Shown: positions 13,758 through 25,616 of the stretch, piece after piece | Layout of the letters: each line of letters begins with the position of its first letter | Numbering within the stretch: position 1 is the stretch's first letter | Origin: Octopus sinensis | Lineage: Eukaryota | DNA: 64,000 bases | Assembly (NCBI RefSeq): GCF_006345805.1 | Contig: NW_021832866.1 | Location: forward strand, 1 to 64,000 | Direction of reading: 5' to 3' | Notes under the pieces: model-generated | What the model was told of the DNA's origin: nothing | Databases searched by the model: none | The model's input: only the letters and a program-made list of their open reading frames with translations | Position numbers and translations under genes: made by a program

Positions 13758-15607
13758 CATAATATATCATCATCATGTATGCGTAATCATCAACTCATAT
13801 ACACTCACATTGAATGACACAAACTCACACACACGAACACTCATTTGTTTTCCTTTAGCCGCATATCTTCCGTAATCCCTACTTAAACATAAACACAAAT
13901 CCGTAATCCCTTACTCATACACACACATCTATATTCCACCACAGACACTCACACACACTCATTCCTTTATTCTGTAATTCTGTTATTGAGCTGCATGGAT
14001 GACCCAAAATTGGTGCCACAATTGTTCCATAAGACTGTCTGTCTCCTTAAATCTAACAAGAGATCTCCACCATCTCCCCACTCCTCTCCCCTCCTTATTG
14101 ATTCCATCTTAACCGTTTGTCTATAGAAAATATATTAATAGCTTATCTTTACCAATTCCTTTATTTCTTCAGTCCAATATCTTCTTGTATTCTTCTTTAG
14201 AAATTAATTTTAAAGACAATGTGTTGGGTTTTACTAGCTTTTTTGTCAAATTCTGACTACTAAACTGGCGCCAGCTATAGAAATCTGTCAATATAATGAC
14301 CAAACAGAATGTATATAGGAAGCAGAGCCTTAATATAGGTTGATTGTTCTGCTAGAAAAAGTAACCACTCAAAGGTCATCCTACTAGTTTTGAATATAAG
14401 GGACACTTTACATAATTTTTAGATACAAACTATGTCACCACTGGATCAGCATTGATTGGACAATGCTCAATCACAATTGGACTGAGGCTAAACAAAAACC
14501 CCAGTCATTAATACATCATTTTTGTAGCTATTTCATTAACGGAAACACTTATTCATTTGAGTAGGTGGCAGAGTATTCCACAGACGTATGGACCTGGTTT
14601 AATATGCATAGAAGTATCATCATCACCAGTGTCTTCTGCTCACCCTCTTGAATTGAGACAGCATAGAGAGGACTCTTTGGTCTTGCTATAGGTAAGGCAC
14701 CTTCTTTAATGCTGGTGCCACAAATATACACATCCAGGAAGCTCTGTGTAGTAGTTCTTGAATGAATGGTTTCAGTGTAGGGTTCAAGGGATTCTTTGGT
14801 CATGTCAAAGTTATGGGCACCCATTTAATGCTGGTGTTACAAATATACACACCCAGTTGACCCTGTAGGGTATAGAGGACGTCTTTGGTAATATTGAGGT
14901 TATGTGTACCTCTTTGGTGCTATAGCAACAGATATACACACCCCAGTATACCTTATAAGGTGTAGAGGACTTTTTGGTCATGTCAAAGTCATGTACAACC
15001 CTTTAGTTTTGGTGCCACAAATGTTTACACCCAGCAGACCCTGTGTAGTGGTTGCTGAAAGAATGGCGACAATAGAGTGCCAAGAGGAATCTTGGGTTAT
15101 GTTGAGGATTTGTCCACTCCTTTGATGTTGGTGCTACAATAAGGGTGGTATTTGGAAGGGCATTCAATCATAGAAAATGATGTCAAAATGTTAGAAATGG
15201 AACAGAGGTGTCACGCAGTGGGACTGAACACAGAACCATGTCACTGAGAAGCAAACTTTTTTTACCACACAGCCACATACACATACGTGTGTGTCTATCT
15301 ATTTTTAGGTACATACTTAAGGCAGTGCTCCAGCATGGCCTCAGTCAAATGATTGAAACAAGTAAAAAGAATAAAAGAATAGATACACACACACATACAC
15401 ACACACACATATGTATGTATAGATAGTTAGCCACTACACATTCTATATTTTCTCTCCTTGTTTCTTTCTATGTTCCTTTCTGTAGAAGAGCATAGGCTCG
15501 AAACATTAAAGACTTTTTCACTTCCCGAGCATTAAACTAATACATCTGTTTGTTTTGTACACCACCTGTCTTGATCTTTTGCTTTTTTTGTGAATTCTAC
15601 TCCCCCC

Positions 15608-15650
<43 letters not shown>

Positions 15651-15877
15651 AGAGTCCATATATTTGAATGTATGCCGAGAGATTGTCTTAGCCCATATGC
15701 CTTCAGGCAGTTGATTTCTGTAGTTATTATCAGTGTATTTTGGTAATTTAAATAAGAGTTTTGACTGTTATTTCCAGCAGGTAGACATAGTTAATATATC
15801 CTTTAATTAATTGTAATCCTTCAGTTATGTATGTATGTATGTATGTATGGTTGTATGTATGTATGTATGTTTGCATG

Positions 15878-15909
<32 letters not shown>

Positions 15910-16198
15910 TATGTATGTATGTATATATATATATATATATATATATAATGTATGTATGTATATATATATATATATGTATGTATTTATGTATGTATATATA
16001 TATATGTATGTATTTATGTATGTATATATATATATGTATGTATGTATGTATTTATGTATGTATATATATATGTATGTATATATGTATGTATGTATGTATA
16101 TATGTATGTATATATGTATGTATGTATGTATATATGTATGTATGTATATATGTATGTATGTATATATGTATATATGTATGTATATATGTATGTATGTA

Positions 16199-16235
<37 letters not shown>

Positions 16236-17338
16236 ATGTACACATGTGCAATTATGTATGTATGTACGAATGTATGTGTCTGGCAGTTTTCCATTTAATA
16301 ATATTAAATACATTTTCTGTGTTATCATTGAAATGGTAAACTGCCATGTCACTCGTTTAAAATTCCTCGATTTTTCTTCAAGATGGCTTTTAATAAAGTT
16401 CTCAGTGCCAGACTTCCATTGATGCTGCTTTCACCAATTCAGCAGACTCGGGAAGAACTGGTTTCTCGTTTCGCTGAAATTCGACTTTGCAGTCTCAGGT
16501 TCATTTTTGCATAGTCTTTACATTTATTAATGATTGGTGGTGGCGGTGAGTAGTGGGGTGGGTGGAGTATATGTGGTGGTGGGGTTGGTAACAGTAGTAG
16601 TGGTGGTGGTGGTAGTAGTAGTAGTGGTGGTGGTGGTGGTGGTGGTATTGGTGGTAGTAGTAGTAGTAGTAGTAGTAATAGATGTGGTGGTAGTGATGGT
16701 GGTTGAGGTATTCGTGGTCGTTATGGTAGTGGTTGCTGTTGTAGTAGTAGTAGTAGTAGTAGTAATAGATGTGGTGGTAGTGATGGTGGTTGAGGTATTC
16801 GTGGTCGTTGTGGTAGTGGTTGCTGTTGTAGTAGTAGTTGTAGTAGATGTGGTAGTAGTGGTTGTAGTAGTTGTTATGCCAGTAGTGATAGAGGTGGTGG
16901 TAGTAATGGCAGTATTGACATGGGTGGTGGTAGTGGTGCTGACTGTGTTGGTAATAGGGGTGGATGGTGGGAGCTGTAATAGGGGTGGGTGTGGTAGGTG
17001 TAATAGGGGTATAACGATGATGGTAGGATGCTAGTGTTGGTGGTAGTAGTAGTAGTAGCAGCAGTATTTATAGCAGTAGAAGTAATAGTTGTAGTGGTAG
17101 TATTTGATGTCGTACTTGTAGTAGCTGTTGTAGTGTTGGTAGTACAGGTAGCAACAGTGGTAGTATTTGAAGGAGTAGTGGCAGTGGTGGTGACAGTTGA
17201 TGTATGGTAGGCAGTGGTGGTGGTCATGGTGGTGGTGGCAGTGGTGGCGGTGCTTGTAGTAGATGCAGTATTGGTCCAGTGCCAGAACAAAATGTTTACT
17301 CATTCACTACTTCCAGACACTTCCCCACCCCCACCTAT

Positions 17339-17373
<35 letters not shown>

Positions 17374-17786
17374 AATACTCAGTTTTACCTTTTACAGGTT
17401 TACAGGTGAGATTCTGTCACAGATAATTCCAGATCAATAACTGACTTTCTTTACTGAAAAAAAAAATATACTAAAACTTATAGATTTTCAGTTTTTTGAA
17501 AATAATAATAAAAAAAAAACAAACCAAAACCAAAAAAAAAACCAACAAATTTTACACACACTTACACATGCAAATATGTGAGTATATGTATAACACACAC
17601 ACACACAACATATACATACACACACACACACGCACTCACATGCATGATGAAATTTTGTATGTTCTCTATATACACAGGTATAGAGATAAGTATATGTATG
17701 TTTAAATAACATATATACATACATACATGCACGCACACGCATATATGTGAATACACACATACATCTTTCTCCTCCTCTCTCTCTCT

Positions 17787-17817
<31 letters not shown>

Positions 17818-19094
17818 TATATATATATATATAAGGAAGAGAGGGATGTGTCCAAATTGCACAAAATATTTCGTTTCTAAATTAAAAACATACATAGATA
17901 AATTTGTGTGTGCATAGATATATCCATGTATGTATGTATGTTTGTATGTATTTATGTATGCATAGATATATCCATGTATGTATGTATGTATGCATAGATA
18001 TATCCATGTATGTATGTATGTATGTATGTATGTATGTATGTATGTATGTATGTGAGTGAGAATTTACACCCATAGTGTAAACAAAATATAACCAAAAGCA
18101 GGTATTTATACTTCAACATGAAACATTTCATTATTTTAGGCCTTCAAAAATACTTCTACTGATATTATAAAGCTGGAGATCATGATCAGTCGCAAAGCAT
18201 ACCTATATCTCAGCTTCAGGTGTTATCATATACAATAGCATTATGTTAGCTAATTAGCTTTGTATAAATCTCTTCTCTGTTGTTGAGGATGAGATTGCAG
18301 ATATACAAAAGTATTTACCTAATTATTGCATTCCCCCACCATCCACCACTCTGCTCTCGCAATCTTGTAAACTCACCCACCCCAATCACCTTCTCCAGTC
18401 CCTGGTCCACTCAGTGTCACAGCTTCACCATCTCTCCCTCCCTTTTCTTTCCTCTCCCTCTCTATCTCTCTCTTTCTCTCTCTCTTTCCACACTCTGTTC
18501 TCAACAATGGTAGCCATGTTTTCCCCTCTAATTCCAAGATGCCGGTTTTTTTTCCCCCTGTGTCTCGCTACTACACACCCTTATTCATTTGCGGGAGGCT
18601 TGTCTTGCAAGTTACTCAGAGACCTTACTGCTGCTGATGGTGCCATGTAAAGAAAAGCACCTAGTGCACTCTGTAAAACGGTTAGCTTTACGAAGGGCAT
18701 CCAGCCATAGAAACCACAACAAAACCAGACAGCAGAGATTGGTGCAGTCTCCTGACTTGGCAGTTTCTATAGAATCATCCAATTTATGCCAGCATGAAGA
18801 GACATTAAACAATGATGACGGTGGTGGCGGCGGCAGCCTTGTTGTTATTCTAATCTATAAAAACACAAAGGTGGTGAACCGGCAGAATCATTACACTTCA
18901 GCGAACAAAAATGCTGAGCAACATTTTGTCAATATTTCCTCTCTGAGCTCAAATTCTGCCAAGGTCAACTTTGCCATTGCCATTCATCCTTTCAGGGTTG
19001 ATGAAATAGGTACCAGTAAGAAACTGGGGGTTGATGTAGTCAACTTAATCACTCTCTTGAAGTTTCTGGCCTTGTGCCAAAAATTGAAACCAAT

Positions 19095-19126
<32 letters not shown>

Positions 19127-20007
19127 CAGGCTTCTTTCAGTTTCTGCCTACCAAATCCACCCTCAAGGTTTTGACCAGCCCAGTTTCCACACAGTGGGAT
19201 AGAACCTGAAAACATTTGGTTGAGAAGCAAGCTTCTTAACTACACAGCCATGCCCCTGCATCTATGGATGACATCCTTATGCTAACTTCATGGGAAGCAG
19301 CAAACAGTGTATTCCACATATTCCACAAAATCTGATTACAGGTAGGCTTTAAGATGGAACCTCCTGATGACATCGCATCTTTCCATGCCCCAGGTGTTGC
19401 TCCACTACACCTTCCCTCTATCTCTCATTCACTGATCTCCAATCCCACCCAAGGAAATCACAAAACTGGGGTTCCAAAAAGGAATGCCACCTGTAGGAAT
19501 ATTTTTGTACATTATGGACCAGATCTATCAACAAGAATGACCAAGGCCACCTCTGTACGGAAGGGTGTTTTCTGTATAAACAACGCATACAGAGAACCCA
19601 GAACTTGAACTGGAGAACAGCTGCACCAAAGAGTTCTTAAAGGTGCCAATGAATAAGGAATGGTTATCTACTGTTCCTTACCTTAACAGTCATTTCATGC
19701 TGAGCCATACATATGCACACATAAGACATATATATATATATATATAAATATATACATATATATTTATATATGTATATATTTATATATGTATATGTATGTA
19801 TGTATATGTTTGTACATATGTATGTATAAGTATGTATATGCATATATGTTTGGATGTATGTATATATGTATGTATATGTATATATCTGTGTGTGTATATA
19901 TATATGTGTGTGTATATATATAGAGAGAGTTATGCATTATCATACATACATAAATATTATTCACATACATAATATAATACAGACACACATGACATGCAAG
20001 CACATAT

Positions 20008-20039
<32 letters not shown>

Positions 20040-20686
20040 CCTACACACACTGCAGTTTCCCGTAAATCATTGACTGCCGGAGATGCGGGACAAATATGGA
20101 GGAACATTGTTTTAAATGATGTGAAATCAATTATGGAAAGATTTGTGTGAATTTGACATATTAACGACTTCCACTTGACGGAGTGATTATTACAGCAGTT
20201 ACTAGGGGGTGGTGTGGGGGGTCGAGGGCAACTGCCACCGTTTGGATGAGCAGAGGAGGTAGGGGAGTGGGAGTGGAATTTGAGGGTGGATGACAAAGAG
20301 CAGGGGGAGGAGGAGGAGCACAGAGGAGGGGGGGAGTGGTGTGGTTATGAGTGTGGGATGGGCAAGTGTGGTTTTGGGGGTGGGGGTGGAAGTGGGAAGG
20401 TGGACAGTGAAGGGTGAGGCCGCCCCCGTCAACCCCACCCACATCGATGTGGGAAAGAGGAAGTGGGTTGGCGAGGGTGGGGGTGAGGTGTTGTTTAAAC
20501 GTCAATGCAAAGCCGAGGCTTTCAAATGTTAGGACCCAACAATATTCCAAATTCTTCAATGTTTCTCTGTAACAATGGATTATTTCCTTTTAATTAATAC
20601 AATCTCTCACTCTCTCTTTCCCTCACCCTCACCCCACTTCTGTTCATTTACTGTTTCCTTGTTCTTCTGTCCCTTCCCTCCCTCCC

Positions 20687-20722
<36 letters not shown>

Positions 20723-20870
20723 TCTTACTCTCACTGAAAATGTTTATCACCAATGAAGTATTTCTTTAAGACATTACCATCTATGGAATATGGATTTACG
20801 TGATGGGGTGGTGAAGGAGTGGTTGTGGTGGTAGTGGTTTTTGGTGGTGGTGGTGGTGGTGATGGTAGTG

Positions 20871-20904
<34 letters not shown>

Positions 20905-21121
20905 CTGATGGTACTCGCAGTTTCTTCATCATCATCATCACCATCATCATCATGGTGTCAGCAGGTATATTGGAGAACTTTATTCCAGTGTTAAACACAG
21001 AAACTGGCAAATTGGTAATCACGCACACAAACACACACACACACACACACACATATTTGTTGACTCACACAAACACGTATACTTACTCACATACACAATG
21101 ACACAAAAAGCACATACATGA

Positions 21122-21156
<35 letters not shown>

Positions 21157-23317
21157 TGTATACGTACGATCCACAAACACACGTGCATCACACGCATAGA
21201 GATAGTACTGCCTCCTGTGCGTTGTCGATCAATGCTGTATGCCATAGTCTCACCTTTCTTCAACATAACAGCAGCAAGAATGTCAAGGTAACAACAACAA
21301 CAACAACACCAGTGAAAACAATAACAGCAGCAATAACAACAACAGCAACACTGACTAGAAAAATCAACAACCACAAAGTAAAGTTTATGAAAAAAGAATC
21401 AATAAAAACTACTACAAAAATTTTATAGAAGCGGTGGGGAGGAACAAAAAGTGGTTTATTGTTTATCATCATCATCATAATCACCATCATCATTGTCATT
21501 TTCGTCGTCATCATCACCCCCACTTCTGTCATGTTTGCTCTCCATAATGGCATGGTTGGAAGGCGGCGAGTTGGCAGAAACGTTAGCACGCCGGGCGAAA
21601 TACAATGCTTACTGGTATTTCGTCTGTCTTTACCTTCTGAGTTCAAATTCCGCCGAGGTCGACTTTGCCTTTCATCCTTTTGGGGTCAATAAATTAAGTA
21701 GCAGTTATGCACTGGGGTTGATATAATCAATTTAATCCGTTTGTCTGTCCTTGTTTGTCCTCTCTGTGTTTAGCCCCTTGTGGGTAGTAAAGAAATGGGT
21801 ATTTCGTCTGTCTTTACGTTCTGAGATCAAATTCCGCCGAGGTCGACTTTGCCTTTCATCCTTTCGGGGTCGATAAATTAAGTAGCAGTTATGCACTGGG
21901 GTTGATATAATCAATTTAATCCGTTTGTCTGTCCTTGTTTGTCCTCTCTGTGTTTAGCCCCTTGTGGGTAGTAAAGAAATGGGTATTTCGTCTGTCTTTA
22001 CGTTCTGAGATCAAATTCCGCCGAGGTCGACTTTGCCTTTCATCCTTTCGGGGTCGATAAATTAAGTAGCAGTTATGCACTGGGGTTGATATAATCAATT
22101 TAATCCGTTTGTCTGTCCTTGTTTGTCCTCTCTGTGTTTAGCCCCTTGTGGGTAGTAAAGAAATGGGTATTTCGTCTGTCTTTACGTTCTGAGATCAAAT
22201 TCCGCCGAGGTTGACTTTGCCTTTCATCCTTTCGGGGTCGATAAATTAAGTAACAGTTACGCACTGGGGTCGATATGATCGATTTAATCCGTCTGTCTAT
22301 CCTTGTTTGTCCTCTCTGTGTGTAGCCCCTTGTGGGCAATAAAGAAATAGGTTGGAAGGCTCTGTTTTAGCACAGTGTCTCACTGCTTGTTGTGGATCAC
22401 TTAATATATAGCAGGTGTGTGTATATTTATGAATATATGTGTGTATATGTGTGTGGTCTAAAAGTCCATAAGTCAGGAAAAAAATGTGCTCGTATATCTG
22501 TCAATAGAGTGGGTATATTATTGAAAGTGTACAATATCCATTATGGCCAATTTTACCAATCTGTTTCATGCTTGGGATTCAACGGGATGTTAGGCAACAA
22601 TCTGATTATGTAACCTTGTGATCATCAGAGGTAGCTGATCTGGAATGAAATATGGCAACTACTCTCTATTATATATATCATCATCATCATTATCGTTTTA
22701 ATTACTGCTCCATGCTTACATGGGTCAGTGGCAGTTTATTGAAGCAGATTTTCTACAGCTGGGTGCCCTTCCTGTCACCAACTCTCACTTGCTTCCAAGC
22801 AAAGTAATATTTTCCCAATAGCAAGACATGTTTCTGCAGAATATTAGAAATGCTTTACACTGCTTGTATGACAGTGGCACTTTTTTACAACTATTACATG
22901 ATGTCGAGATAAGGAGACACATGCAGACATAAAGAAACAAACACACATGTGTATGAGTGTGTATCGAAATATATGATGTATGTAATACAACAGGCTTCTT
23001 TCAGTTTCCAGCTATCCAATCCACTTAAGGCTTTGGTTGGCCATAACTACAGTAGAAGATAATTGTCCAAGGTGCCACACAGTGGGACTAAACCTGAAAC
23101 CACATGGGTAGGAAGCAAACTTCACACCCACACAGCCACACCTATGTATGTATGTGCATTATATATACATAAATATGTATATATAGATATAGACAGGTTG
23201 TGTGGCAAGAAGCTTGTTTATTAACGACGTGGTTCCAGGTTCAGTCCCACTGCATGGCACCATGGGCAAGTGTCTTCTACTTACAAAGATTTGGTAGACA
23301 GAAACTAAAAGAGCCCG

Positions 23318-23350
<33 letters not shown>

Positions 23351-23450
23351 TATACACACACACAACACACACACACATACATGTATACATATGTACACAT
23401 CACCGTCATCATTCTTTAATGCATCTGTTTTCTATGCTGGCATGTGTTAG

Positions 23451-23504
<54 letters not shown>

Positions 23505-24035
23505 CATACATGGACTCTGTGCAGACTTTACTGTTTTCTTGTGATGCCAGCATTAGTGAGAAGGATCAAAGGCATGTTCATGCTTCTTTCTAGGCAATGC
23601 CATATATGTATAGTGGGGAGGTGGGGTGCATGCAGACCTGAAAACTGACCATTAAGGGATAATGATGATGGCACATTACATAGGTCTTTTATCTTTCACC
23701 AGGACTATAGCCATGCTGGAGCAATGCCTTGAAAGGCTTTAGCTGAACAAATAGATCCCAGCACACACATACACTTGCACACACGCACACACAACAGACA
23801 TACACATGTACATTCACACATATGTTTGTATGTGTGTTTATACACACCACTTGAAGCACTCATGTATGTGTTTATATTCAGAGCTCAGAACACACACATA
23901 TATATATATATATACATATGTACATACATATATACATACACACATATACATACATATCTAAAATATATGTACACATACACATATATACACACATATACAT
24001 ATATACCACTGCACCTGTATGTATATACACATATA

Positions 24036-24071
<36 letters not shown>

Positions 24072-24111
24072 TATATGTCTGTGGACCACTGCACCTGCAA
24101 CTGCCTCTCCT

Positions 24112-24142
<31 letters not shown>

Positions 24143-24896
24143 TAATTTCTAGGGTTTATTATGTATGTAAAGTTCTATGGCCATGCAATTGCATGTGTAT
24201 ATTGCTGTGTGCATACAGGTGTGTATATACACAGCTAAGTGCATGAATGTGCAGCCAAGGTAAAATACTTGAGTGTGTGCATGTGTCTTTGTGTATATGT
24301 TTGTCTGTGTGTGTGTGTCTGTGCAGGAGAGGCAGCCACAGGTGGAGTGGCTTTGTGTGCATTTATGTATCTGTTTGCACATTTATTGCAAGGTGCATTG
24401 CTGTGAACTCTCACAATTTTTCTTTTACCTTCAGAAATTTCCATTTTGTGTGCAGATGTCTAGTTTCGTGTCAGTCCGTTCGCACATAAATTGTCTCTAG
24501 TGGCACATCTGTGTGTGCATTTGCATGTGTGCAGCTGCATTTGAAATGGTGCCTAGTATGTGTTTGTATATGCATAGTTTAAGAATGAGATTCACTATTG
24601 CATATATATGTGTGTGTATGTGTGTGTGTTTATACACACCACTTGGAGCTCCTTTGCATGAATATGTTTACATTCAGAGCTAGATGCACTAATGCATGTG
24701 TGCAGCACAATGCTTATTGATATATCTGATTGTGTTTATGTGCAATTAGATGCACTCTGCATGAATTCTACATATGCACATATACATATATATATAATAT
24801 ATATACACACACGCACATGCATATTGAGAGAGGGGGAGGGGAGCTCATGGGTGTTTGTATATGTGTGTATACATATACAAACACACACACATACAC

Positions 24897-24972
<76 letters not shown>

Positions 24973-24982
24973 CTATATATAT

Positions 24983-25013
<31 letters not shown>

Positions 25014-25261
25014 TAATATATATATATATATATAATATAATATATATATATATACACATATATATCTCACAGAGGGGAGAGAAAGAGTTGTATGAGTTGC
25101 ATTGATTGTAGTATGTGTATATTTAGAGCTAGCTGCACTAATTTTAGTGTATATTCTCACACACACACATATATGTATGTATGTACATATATATTTATAC
25201 ATATATATGTATATATATGTATGTTATGTATATATATATGTATATGTATGTATATATATAT

Positions 25262-25294
<33 letters not shown>

Positions 25295-25302
25295 GTATGT
25301 AT

Positions 25303-25393
<91 letters not shown>

Positions 25394-25442
25394 GTATATG
25401 TATATGTATATGTTATGTATGTATGTATATGATATGTATATG

Positions 25443-25475
<33 letters not shown>

Positions 25476-25481
25476 GTAATG

Positions 25482-25526
<45 letters not shown>

Positions 25527-25575
25527 ATATATATATGTATGTATATATATATGTATATGTACATATATATGTATG

Positions 25576-25616
<41 letters not shown>

